Source: Gemmatimonadales bacterium (GTDB lineage Bacteria > Gemmatimonadota > Gemmatimonadetes > Gemmatimonadales > GWC2-71-9). From it: 64,000 nt of DNA. The DNA is taken from positions 1,344,001-1,408,000 of the forward strand of contig OZ252244.1 of NCBI GenBank assembly GCA_965249575.1. The letters are read 5' to 3'. Of this stretch, positions 1 to 9,666 are shown one piece after another. The notes beneath the pieces were generated by a model. It worked only from the letters and a program-made list of their open reading frames with translations, had not been told where the DNA came from and searched no databases. Positions within the stretch are counted from its first letter, which is position 1, and every line of letters begins with the position of its first letter. The position numbers were made by a program, and so were the translations under genes.

Positions 1-136
1 CGAGGGAGAAAGCAACACGTCCATGGTGTTTACCCTCGGCGCGACCTGGCACTAGGGCGGGATCAGACCATTTCAGCGGGACAATCAAAGCCAGGCGACG
101 AGCGTCGCCGCGACCGGCTCCCAACATCTGGAGGCA

Positions 137-565
137 ATGATGAGTGCGTTTCGGAGAGCTTCACTACCCCTGATCGTCGCGGCGGTCGGTGGTTGCTATC
201 ATGCCACGATCGAGACGGGGCTGGTGCCGTCCGAGCAGGTGGTCGAGGATAAGTGGGCAGATGGGTGGGTGCTGGGACTCGTCCCGCCCGAGGCGGTCGA
301 GACAGCCTCCCGATGCCCAAATGGTGTCGCGAGAATCGAGACCCGCCTCAGTTTCCTGAACCAGCTAGTAGGAGGTCTCACGTTCGGGATTTACACGCCC
401 ATGGTCATCAAGGTGACCTGCGCGGCTGGGGTGTCCGCAGCGGCCAGTGGGGAAGCGGGAATTGAGGTTAGCGAGGGCGCGACAATGCGGCAGAAGCAGC
501 AGGCGCTCCGGCTGGCTGCGGATCTCGCGAGCGCCACCGCCGAACCCGTTACCGTGAGATTCTGA
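137..565 (+). CDS. Bor/Iss-like lipoprotein
   Basis: Lipobox VGGC, then YHATIETG...W..GLVPP...CPNGVARIET..SFLNQLV..LTFGIYTP....VTC, resembling the Bor family; GGAGG RBS upstream. Confidence 0.6.
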   Translation: MMSAFRRASLPLIVAAVGGCYHATIETGLVPSEQVVEDKWADGWVLGLVPPEAVETASRCPNGVARIETRLSFLNQLVGGLTFGIYTPMVIKVTCAAGVSAAASGEAGIEVSEGATMRQKQQALRLAADLASATAEPVTVRF

Positions 566-612
566 GCGTCGATCCCGGCAGCCCGTTAGGCCGGCGGGGC
601 CACGGGGCGCGA

Positions 613-879
613 CTAGCTGAAACGCACGGCGGCGCGGGCCCGCGCCTTGGCCGCCTCGACCTCGCGGTCCCGCGGCGGCGCCTGCGTCACCAGGGAATCG
701 AGCAGGCGTTTCGCAACCCGTGACACGTCCTCCACCGCATCGTCAAAAGCCGCTTCATTCGCCTTGGATGGCTTGGTGGAGCCGCTCAGCTTCCGAACGA
801 ATTGAACGGCGGACGCGCGGATCTCTTCATCGGTCGCCGGCGGATCGAAGTTGAATAGCGTCTTGATGTTTCTGCACAT
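613..879 (-). CDS. DUF2277-family small protein
   Basis: MCRNIKTLFNFDPPATDEEIRASAVQFVRKLSG..KPSKANEAAF signature; start moved to ATG at 879. Confidence 0.85.
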   Translation of the reverse strand: MCRNIKTLFNFDPPATDEEIRASAVQFVRKLSGSTKPSKANEAAFDDAVEDVSRVAKRLLDSLVTQAPPRDREVEAAKARARAAVRFS

Positions 880-1086
880 TGCACTCTCGTTGCCAACGGG
901 TGTGGGCGGACCTACCGTCGATAATACTTTCGCGAATTCCCGCCTGCGCATGCGCCGCGGCCGATTCGTCACTGATCGGATCTTGGCTCGAACGAGTTCC
1001 AGGATGGTTCTCCGAAATCCGCCGACGACGCCTTCTACCTTCCCCAGCAAATTGATGCGTGCGAGAATGCTAGGAAAGGGGGTGGA

Positions 1087-2421
1087 ATGACCGATCGAAA
1101 TTCCGACACCGGCGGTCGCCGGACCATCGGCATCTGGACGTGCATTGCCCTGGTGATGGGCAATATGATCGGGTCAGGCATTTTTCTCCTGCCCGCTGCA
1201 CTCGCTCCTTACGGCAGCATCAGCATTCTCGGCTGGATGTTCACGGCGACCGGGGCCACACTGCTTGCACTCGTCTTCGCCCGCGTGAGCCGCATCGTCC
1301 CCCTAGCGGGTGGCCCTTACGCATACACCCGACGTGGATTCGGCGATTTCGCAGGCTTTCTGATGGCGTGGGGCTATTGGATCTCCATCATGACGGGAAA
1401 CGCTGCCATTGCCGTGGCTCTTGTCAGCTACTTGACCCCGTTCTGGCCAGCGCTCGCCAGCAATCAAGTCCTTGCCGGGGGATTAGCCGTCGCCTGCATT
1501 TGGATCCTGAGTTGGGTCAACAGCCTGGGTGTCGAGCGGGCCGGATACGTGCAGGTCGTCACAACCGTGCTCAAGATCCTCCCGCTGATCGCGCTGGGCA
1601 CGTTCGGATTCCTGTACTTCGATTGGCAGAACTTCACACCGTTCAACGTCAGCGGCGACAGCAATTTCTCCGCGGTCACGGCAACGGCGGCGCTCACGCT
1701 CTGGGCCTTTGTCGGTCTGGAGTCCGCCACCGTTCCCGCCGGCGACGTTTCCAACCCGGAACGGGTCATCTCGCGGGCAACAATATTCGGCACACTCGCT
1801 GCCGCCACGATTTACGTATTGTCGACCGCGGCGATCATGGGAATCCTCCCAAACGCCAGCCTCAGCACCTCCACGGCGCCGTTCGCCGACGCCGCCGCCA
1901 AGGTGTGGGGTACGTGGGCTGGTAAGGCCGTAGCAGTTGGCGCGGTCGTGTCTTGCTTCGGGACGCTCAACGGCTGGATTCTCAATCAGGGACAGGTGCC
2001 CCTAGCTGCCGCGCGCGACGGACTGTTGCCCCGAGTGTTCGGTCGATTAAATGGCAATGGTGCGCCCGGGGTGGGGATCGTCATTTCCAGCTTGCTCGTG
2101 TCGCTGCTGATCGGCACGAACTACACCAGGGGCTTGGTCGCACTGTTCACCTTCGCCATTCTCCTTTCAACGCTCACCGCCCTCGTCCCCTACGCATTCA
2201 CCGCCGCGGCCGAGCTCATGATCTTTGTGAACGAGCGTGAGCGGTTCAGCGGCCAGCGCCTCGCTGGGTCGTCGGTCATCGCGTCGGTCGCGTTCCTCTA
2301 CTCGATGTGGGCGATTGCCGGCGCCGGGCAGGAAGTGGTTTTCTGGGGGTTCCTGCTCCTGCTCGGGGGCCTGCCCATCTACGTCGCCGTCCGGTGGGCC
2401 GAGCCCAAGGAGCCGGGTTAG
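1087..2421 (+). CDS. APC-family amino acid/polyamine permease (AdiC/PotE-like)
   Basis: GNMIGSGIF, GGPYAY, WAFVGLESA motifs; about 12 hydrophobic segments. Confidence 0.9.
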   Translation: MTDRNSDTGGRRTIGIWTCIALVMGNMIGSGIFLLPAALAPYGSISILGWMFTATGATLLALVFARVSRIVPLAGGPYAYTRRGFGDFAGFLMAWGYWISIMTGNAAIAVALVSYLTPFWPALASNQVLAGGLAVACIWILSWVNSLGVERAGYVQVVTTVLKILPLIALGTFGFLYFDWQNFTPFNVSGDSNFSAVTATAALTLWAFVGLESATVPAGDVSNPERVISRATIFGTLAAATIYVLSTAAIMGILPNASLSTSTAPFADAAAKVWGTWAGKAVAVGAVVSCFGTLNGWILNQGQVPLAAARDGLLPRVFGRLNGNGAPGVGIVISSLLVSLLIGTNYTRGLVALFTFAILLSTLTALVPYAFTAAAELMIFVNERERFSGQRLAGSSVIASVAFLYSMWAIAGAGQEVVFWGFLLLLGGLPIYVAVRWAEPKEPG

Positions 2422-2501
2422 TTCTACCCTGACCCCCTGTGCGGCCTTGCAGTGAAATGCTCGGCACTGCCAATTTCTATCGAACCGGTCACGTTTGAGG
2501 T

Positions 2502-4648
2502 GTGATGGCCGAACGATCGTTTGCCAAGGAAGTGCGGTCCCTGAGGCTCGGTGCGGGCGAGATGTTCCGCGGGGAGGGGATCCTCGCGGTAACCAAGGCA
2601 TTGCTCCAATCCGGGGTGGCCTACGTCGGTGGATACCAGGGCGCGCCCATCTCGCACCTCATGGACGTGTTCTCGGATGCGCAGGACCTGCTCGACGAGC
2701 TTGGGGTGCACTTCGAGGCTTCGGCGAGTGAGGCGACCGCCGCCGCCATGTTGGCCGCTTCCATCAATTACCCCCTCCGGGGTGCCGTCACGTGGAAATC
2801 GACGGTCGGCACCAACGTCGCATCGGACGCGCTCTCCAATCTCGCTTCCGCTGGGGTCGAGGGCGGCGCCTTGATCGTGCTGGGCGAGGATTACGGCGAG
2901 GGGGCCAGCATCATGCAGGAGCGTACGCACGCGTTTGCGATGAAATCGCAGATGTGGCTCCTGGACCCGCGGCCGAACCTGCCCAGCATTACCCGCGCAG
3001 TAGAGCACGGGTTCGAATTGTCGGAGGCCAGTAATACGCCCGTCATGCTCGAGCTCCGCATTCGGGCCTGCCACGTCTACGGGCGTTTCGTCGCCAAGGA
3101 CAACCGCCCGCCACCGCTTACGGCCAGAGAGGCATTGCAACGCCCCAGTCGGGCCGCGGATCGCATCATCCTCCCGCCGTACACGTTCGCGCAGGAGCAA
3201 GACAAGGTCGCCCGACGCTGGCCCGCCGCAGTCCGGTTCATAGAGCAACGGGGCCTCAACGAGCGCTTCGGGGACGACGGACAGGATGTGGGCATTATCC
3301 TGCAGGGAGGTCTCTACAACTCCGTCGTGCGAGCGCTCCCAACTGCTCGGCCTCTCAGACGTGTTCGGCACGAGCCGCGTGCCCCTTGTATGTGCTGAAT
3401 GTCACCTACCCCCTCGTCGAGAGCGAGATCACCCGGTTCTGTTCAGGCAAACGCGCCGTACTGATAGTCGAAGAGGGTCAGCCGGATTTTATCGAACAGG
3501 CGCTGAACCATCACGCGAGGAGAGCAAGGCTTCAGGCAACGATCGTCGGTAAAGAGGTGTTACCGATGGCCGGTGAGTACACCGGCGGCGCCGTGCTGGA
3601 TGGCGTGCGGAAGTTCTTGAAGGAATGGGCGCCGGCCCTGATTGCAGGAGACGACAAGACAGGCAACGGCCCCGCCGGGCCGTTGGTCGAGCTCAAGGGG
3701 GCCGTCCCGGCCCGACCGCCGGGCCTCTGCACGGGGTGCCCCGAGCGCCCGCTGTTCACCGCCGTCAAGCTCCTCGAACGCGACCTCGGCCCGGTCCACA
3801 TCAGCTCCGATATTGGCTGCCACTCCTTCTCGACCCTGCCTCCTTTCAATCTCGGGAGCTCGATCATGGGGTACGGTTTGGGGCCGGCGGCAGCATCGGC
3901 GTTTGGCAGCTCCACCCAGCATCGAGCACTCACGATCATGGGCGACGGTGGTTTCTGGCACAATGGGTTGAGCAGCGGCATCACCAACGCCGTCTTCAAT
4001 AACGACGACGGCGTCGTCGTCGTCGTCGTGGACAACAGTTACTCCGCGGCAACTGGCGGCCAGTACATTCCATCGTCCAGGGCCGACGTGAGCACTCGGA
4101 CTGCTCGCCATACCATTCAAAACGCGCTGAAGGGCGTCGGTGTGAAGTGGGTCCGCACGGTTCGCACGTATCACCTCGCGACCATGCTCAAGACCCTGCG
4201 GCAGGCGATGACGTCTCCCGTTCGCGGTCCGAAGGTCATCGTCGCCGAAGGCGAGTGCCAACTCAACCGCCAGCGGCGCGTGCGACCGTTGATTGCCAAG
4301 ACCATCGACGAGGGAAGACGGGTCGTGAAGGAACGTTTCGGCGTCGACGCCGAGACGTGTACCGGCGATCACTCGTGTGTCCGGCTGTCCGGCTGTCCCT
4401 CACTCACTATGAAACCCAATTCAGATCCACTCCGCCAGGACCCCGTTGCATACGTCGACAACAGCTGTGTGGGTTGCGGCGTGTGTGGTACGGTGGCGCA
4501 CGTCGCGGCGCTCTGCCCTTCATTCTATCGGGCGGATATCATCTTCAATCCGAACCCATGGGATCGTATGGTCGCCGCTACGCGCCGGGCGGCCATCGGC
4601 GCCCTCCAGCGCCGAGCCGACCGATCCCGCGCTGCTCGGGCTGTCTGA
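2502..4648 (+). CDS. iorA: Indolepyruvate:ferredoxin oxidoreductase alpha subunit, one frameshift near 3340
   Basis: GGYQGAP, WKSTVGTNVASD, CTGCPERP, SDIGCH, GDGGFWHNG and C-terminal ferredoxin Cys motifs split over ORFs 2502-3398 and 3386-4648; shift at CTCCCAA (homopolymer). Confidence 0.85.
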
Positions 4649-4656
4649 GGTCGTCG

Positions 4657-5520
4657 GTGACCGAGCCTCCCGCTCGTCCGATCTCCATCGCCATCTCGGC
4701 GATGGGTGGCCAGGGCGGCGGCGTGCTTTCGAGCTGGATTGTCGACGTCGCGGAACGCAACGGTTTTCTCGCCCAAGCGACGTCGGTGCCGGGTGTCGCT
4801 CAGCGGACGGGCGCCACGATCTACTACATCGAGCTATTCTCGAAGGGGCCGGCCACGGAGGGGGGGCGCGACCCGGTTTTCGCGTTGATGCCAGTGCCGG
4901 GCGAAGTGGATGTCGTCATCGCATCTGAGCTCATGGAGGCCGGGCGAGCGGTGCTCCGCGGGTTGGTCGATGTCGAGCGGACGGCGATCGTGGCGTCATC
5001 CCACCGCGAGTATGCCGTGACCGAAAAAATGGCATTGGGCGACGGCATCGCCGACAGCGGTCGCGTGCTCGCCTCCGTGACGGCGGCCGCTCGACGCAGC
5101 ACCATTTTCGACATGGCCGAGCTCTCAACCTCGACCGACAGCGTCATTAGCTCGGTACTGTTCGGGGCCTTGGCGGGGGCAGGGTGTCTTCCTTTCACTC
5201 GCCAGCAGTACGAAGATGCCATCAAACAGAGTGGGATCGCCGTCGATCGTAGCATGGCTGGGTTCGCAGCCGGATACGCACGCGCGGCGGGAGGCACGTC
5301 GGAATCCAGGCACACCATTGAAGCCCAGCCGGAGACACTGCCTGGAGGTCGTCGGGCAACCGAGATCCGCCAGCGGATAGAAAGAGAATTTGCGGCCGCC
5401 ACCCGGTCGTTGGTGCGAGAGGGCGTGCGCCGCCTGGCGGACTATCAGGACCTCGAGTACGCCGAGGCCTATTTGGACCGGCTACGCGCGATTCGTGAGC
5501 TCGACACCGGGGGCGCGTTG
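4657..5520 (+). pseudogene. iorB: IOR beta subunit family protein, 3'-truncated
   Basis: GTG start; AMGGQGGGVL, TSVPGVAQRTGATIYY, GVRRLADYQD; similarity ends abruptly near 5520. Confidence 0.75.
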
Positions 5521-5783
5521 GCGTGGCGGCAATGCCGATGGCGCATGTGGCCCGTGCCCTCGAGGTCGACGAGAGCCGGGGACTCATGAAGGTGATTGTG
5601 GACATGGATTCACAACAGATCCTCGGCGCGGCGATCCTGGGTCTCGAGGGAGGGGAAATCATGTCGATGCTGCAGATCGCCATGATGGGAAAGCTGCCCT
5701 ACACCGCGCTGCGAGACGGGATCTTCGCTCATCCAACGCTCGCCGAATCGCTCAACAACCTCTTCAAGAACGTCGAGAGCTAG
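5521..5783 (+). pseudogene. C-terminal dimerisation domain of a pyridine nucleotide-disulphide oxidoreductase (mercuric reductase-like), 5'-truncated
   Basis: [21 protein letters not shown]....[12 protein letters not shown]...[14 protein letters not shown]; no FAD/NAD-binding domains upstream. Confidence 0.8.
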
Positions 5784-5789
5784 TTCCGG

Positions 5790-5975
5790 CTAGGCGCGCT
5801 GCTCGCGCCAAAGGCCGAACGCCAGCGCGGCCGGCACGACGGTCGCCAACACACTCGGCCACATCGGGACTGCTCCACCTCCAATCGATACCTCAACGGC
5901 GAACACGAGGCGCAGCAGATGGGCGACCGCCACGGCGGTCAGTAGCACGATCGTAACGAGCGATATGGGTTTCAT
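5790..5975 (-). CDS. Small two-helix membrane protein
   Basis: 61 aa, AHLLRL..W pattern, AGGAGG RBS. Confidence 0.7.
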   Translation of the reverse strand: MKPISLVTIVLLTAVAVAHLLRLVFAVEVSIGGGAVPMWPSVLATVVPAALAFGLWREQRA

Positions 5976-6005
5976 GAGTCCTCCTGTCCCAGGAACGGTC
6001 GTGGT

Positions 6006-7913
6006 TCATGAGCCCGTGCGTATCCCCACCTTTCCCCTCACGTGCCGGTCCAAGAATTCCAGCATCTCGGGCATCCAGATCAACCGGCTCGCTCCACTAC
6101 CAATGTTCTCGATTGCCCGATATCGAACGGGCTTGTAGTATCGCGCCACTTCGTCCACGAATCGCCGCATGGGACGATTCTCCTTCGTCCCAATGACCAG
6201 TAGGGGCGTGTCGACTTCGGCCGCGTAGAAGGAGGGGGAGCTGCGGCGATATACCTCACGGCTCGTATCCAGAGGACCCAGCTCGAACTCGAGCAGCTTG
6301 ATCTCGGCCTCGGCGAAGTATTCCTCAACCGCCCAAAGCCAGTCGCCATATCCCGAGCGAGTCGGCACAGCCGCACGAAACACACCTGGCGCAAACACGG
6401 AGGCGGCCATGCTCATGAACCCGCCGTAGCTCGTGCCGGTGGCCGCCACGCGGTCGGCGTTGACCTCAGGTAAGGTGCGTAAGAACTCGACCCCGGCCAC
6501 GACGTCTTCCATGTCGCACCGGCCCCAGCAATTCTCGCTCAACTTCTCGAAGTCGAGCCCATATCCCGAGCTCCCCCGTACGTTAGGGAGTAGGACGGCA
6601 TATCCGTGCTTCACGAAATAGTGTGATTCCCACTGGCGCCTCCAGCTGTCGTCGAACTGTGAGGTAGGCCCGCCGTGGATCCACACGATCGCGGGGTGGC
6701 CGTTCGGGGGTGGGGGTGACGCCGGGCGGAAGAGATAGGCGTGGATAGTCAAGCCGTCGCTGCTCGGATAGCTGACCTTTTCCGAAGCAAACAACGCGTC
6801 GTGCAGAGACGAGTCCGCTACGGATCGGGTGAGGCGGCTTACCTTGCCATCGTTCACCCCAACGACGAAGAGATCCGTCGGGTGCCGCGGCGTATCCAAT
6901 GTGTAGGCGATAGACCGTCCGTCCGGGGACCACGTGTGATTCGCCACCACGCCCACCTCCGGCGCAACCAGCGTGCGGGGCTCTCCCCCGTCTACGCCAA
7001 TGATTCGAAGGACTCCGGTCCCATTCAGGTTGGACGTGTACGCGACGGTACCGCCGTCCGGTGACCATTGCGCGTAACCCCTGAACGGTTTCTGTGCGTT
7101 CTGGTCAGCCGGCTCCGGAGCGAGCGGCCGCGGCTCACCCCCTTCCATAGGCACCAGCCACCAGTTGAGCCACCCGCTTCGGTGCGAACGAAACAGTACG
7201 AGATCGCCCCTTGGGGACACTTGTGCGGGACCAAACTCCTGGCCGCGTCGGTAATCGAAGAAATCCGTATCCCGCACGATTACCCTCGAGCCCGATCCGT
7301 CGGCGGCATTCATCGCGATGACGTCGTGATCGACCCAGCTTTCGTTCAGCCGGACGAAGACGATTGTTCGACCGTCGGGTGTCCAAGTCGGGTACACGTC
7401 ATACTGAGAATCGCCGCTGAGTCGCTGAACGTCCCCGTTGGGCACGTCTACAGTGTAGATGTCCGGGTTGCCCCGGAGCGCCGCGGCGAACGCGATGCGC
7501 CGCCCGTCGGGCGCCCAGCTCCACGAGCTAATCCAGGCCCCGAGGTGCGTCAACCGGCGCGCGCGACGATCGGCGACCGACCAGAGCCACAGATCTTGTG
7601 CGCGCCCCGAGCCAGCAACATACCCCATCCACTTGCCGTCGGACGAGAACGCGACGCGCGAGGCTCCGCGCAACGGCAGCGCTTCCGGAGCGCCCCCCGA
7701 CAGCCCTACGCTCCACAGGGTGTCCCGCCCGCGGACCACTAAACCGGTGCCGTCGGGCGCCCAGGTCGGCACCCCGCCGTCGGTGAGCGAGCTGACCGAG
7801 ACGATCTCCTCGAGCGTGAACTCTCCGGGCGCTCGCGTCTGGGCTTCGACCACCGTCGAAACGGCCAGCGCCGCGGCGGCGGTCAAGATACCCAACGAAC
7901 CCGTTGGCTTCAT
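6006..7913 (-). CDS. Secreted S9-like protein (PD40/TolB-like propeller + alpha/beta hydrolase fold), non-canonical catalytic triad
   Basis: Signal peptide ending AQ, repeated WSPDG, HGGP, NVRGSSGYG, GTSYGG; no D/H at the canonical positions. Confidence 0.85.
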   Translation of the reverse strand: MKPTGSLGILTAAAALAVSTVVEAQTRAPGEFTLEEIVSVSSLTDGGVPTWAPDGTGLVVRGRDTLWSVGLSGGAPEALPLRGASRVAFSSDGKWMGYVAGSGRAQDLWLWSVADRRARRLTHLGAWISSWSWAPDGRRIAFAAALRGNPDIYTVDVPNGDVQRLSGDSQYDVYPTWTPDGRTIVFVRLNESWVDHDVIAMNAADGSGSRVIVRDTDFFDYRRGQEFGPAQVSPRGDLVLFRSHRSGWLNWWLVPMEGGEPRPLAPEPADQNAQKPFRGYAQWSPDGGTVAYTSNLNGTGVLRIIGVDGGEPRTLVAPEVGVVANHTWSPDGRSIAYTLDTPRHPTDLFVVGVNDGKVSRLTRSVADSSLHDALFASEKVSYPSSDGLTIHAYLFRPASPPPPNGHPAIVWIHGGPTSQFDDSWRRQWESHYFVKHGYAVLLPNVRGSSGYGLDFEKLSENCWGRCDMEDVVAGVEFLRTLPEVNADRVAATGTSYGGFMSMAASVFAPGVFRAAVPTRSGYGDWLWAVEEYFAEAEIKLLEFELGPLDTSREVYRRSSPSFYAAEVDTPLLVIGTKENRPMRRFVDEVARYYKPVRYRAIENIGSGASRLIWMPEMLEFLDRHVRGKVGIRTGS

Positions 7914-7972
7914 GTCGACCCTCCGAGTTGATCGTTCACCTCTTACAAACTGCACCGCCGCGAGTAACCTGA

Positions 7973-8476
7973 CTACTGCCGGTACGGCCTAGGCAACACG
8001 GCGATCGCCTCGATCTCCAGCATCAACCTCGGACCACCCAAAGCCGCCACCGCGACGACCGTGCTGGCCGGCGGACCGTCGAGGTTCAGGTAGTCGGTAC
8101 GGACCTCGCGCAGCACCGGAAAGTCGCGAATGTCCGTCAGATACGTGGTCATTTTCAGTACGTCGCTGAAAGTCGCACCGACACTCGTCAAAATGCGCTC
8201 AAGATTTTCATACACTTGGGTGGCTTGAGCTCGGAAGTCTCCAACGCCCACGATCTGACCTGTACTGTCCACCGCGACTTGGCCCGAGATGTACAGGGTG
8301 CGTCCGTCGGGAGAAACCGCGGCCTGGCTGTAGCCTCGGGTCGACGGACGGATGAACCGGGCGTGTCCTTCCTGGGCATGGAGTGTTCTCACGTTCGGCG
8401 CGAGGGCCAGCAGCATGGCACCGTAAAGCGAGGCACGACCCAGCAACATGATACGAGACGTGAACGGGAAAGACAT
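7973..8476 (-). CDS. Rid (YjgF/YER057c/UK114) family protein with N-terminal signal peptide
   Basis: GYSQA, LYISGQV, PPAST, LEIEAIA; hydrophobic leader ending LHA-Q. Confidence 0.85.
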   Translation of the reverse strand: MSFPFTSRIMLLGRASLYGAMLLALAPNVRTLHAQEGHARFIRPSTRGYSQAAVSPDGRTLYISGQVAVDSTGQIVGVGDFRAQATQVYENLERILTSVGATFSDVLKMTTYLTDIRDFPVLREVRTDYLNLDGPPASTVVAVAALGGPRLMLEIEAIAVLPRPYRQ

Positions 8477-8559
8477 GAATGGGACTCCTTTCAGCGACTG
8501 AGGATCTCTGGCAGGGCTAGCGAAATGGAAGCCTAACCGCGCGCGGACGCCCCTGAGGC

Positions 8560-8985
8560 CTATTCCTCGCCTCCTGGCGCGGGGGACCTAGGCGCCGCAA
8601 GTACTTCAGCCACCATGCCATCGACGTGCGGGCGATTTGACATACGAGGATGAAGGTCGCGGTAGTGTCGCACCGCCGTGATGGCGCCCCGGATTCCCGC
8701 CATAGTGCGCTCGCTAATCCGCCCATCGGGCTCGATCGCGATCAGGTCATCGTCCATTCGGGACTCCAGCAGTTCGACAGCATCCTCCACATCGCCCGAC
8801 CGAGGGTGCTCCAAGAGAGTCAACTGAGTCCTAACGTCTTCGGCTAGCTCTGAAAGCCAGTTGCTCCCCATCCAACCGGCCGTACGCTCCACGCCCGCGT
8901 AGAAGCCACTCGCTCCGCCCAGCATGAGACCGAAAACGAGCGCCAGTGAAAGCGGCAGCAACGTTCCCCTACCTTTCGTCGTCAC
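8560..8985 (-). CDS. Hypothetical protein with N-terminal TM segment
   Basis: GTG start with GGAG upstream; hydrophobic N-terminus then helical acidic region. Confidence 0.5.
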   Translation of the reverse strand: MTTKGRGTLLPLSLALVFGLMLGGASGFYAGVERTAGWMGSNWLSELAEDVRTQLTLLEHPRSGDVEDAVELLESRMDDDLIAIEPDGRISERTMAGIRGAITAVRHYRDLHPRMSNRPHVDGMVAEVLAAPRSPAPGGEE

Positions 8986-9246
8986 TCCGATCTAGGTAAA
9001 AAGCCCGACCTCGAAGAATCGACTCCATTCCTCAGTGTATGAAACGGAGGATGCGGAGATTCGTTTCTTGACTTTCGACCGCTCTCGACGAAAATGATGG
9101 TAAGACTTTCGTATACGAGCAGTCACGCGCTCATTGCGAGAATACTCAATCCACCCCGTCCCAGCGGATATGGGGATGAGAGATATGCCGTCGCCACAGC
9201 GCTGGCAACCACGAACGCAATCGCACACGTGCTGCAGAGGAGGGAC

Positions 9247-9666
9247 ATGGCTCAACCTACGGTCAACCGGACGCTGCTGGAGCTGGAAGCGGAGCGAATC
9301 TACCGCGCCATTTTCCAGGAGCGCATACCCGACATCGTCAGGCAACGATTCGTAGCGGCCTCGTCACGATTCAACGCGCGAGCGGACCCCCGTGCGCTGG
9401 AAGTCTACTACGCCCTGCTCTCTATCGTCACCGACCTCGAAGCACTCGAAGTCACGGCACGGTACACACGCAAGTTACCGCTCCTCCTCGCAAAGTTTCA
9501 CATCATGGTTTACCTCGCGGAGACGATTCCACACAACCAATCCCTCTTTGTCAAGAATCACGCAAGCGTCATCGGCGCCTGGTGGGCCTTCTTGAGAGGT
9601 GGTGTCCGAACGGTGTTCAAGCTCGGCAAGGGGCTCTGGTTGCTCGCAAGGAAGAAGCATGTGTGA
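9247..9666 (+). CDS. Hypothetical protein, first gene of a 3-gene operon
   Basis: GAGGAGG RBS before ATG 9247; stop overlaps next start. Confidence 0.6.
   Translation: MAQPTVNRTLLELEAERIYRAIFQERIPDIVRQRFVAASSRFNARADPRALEVYYALLSIVTDLEALEVTARYTRKLPLLLAKFHIMVYLAETIPHNQSLFVKNHASVIGAWWAFLRGGVRTVFKLGKGLWLLARKKHV

Noticed and set aside
5521..5783. Functional merA / mercury resistance
   Set aside because: Only the C-terminal domain is present, it lacks the terminal Cys-Cys pair, and no mer genes are nearby
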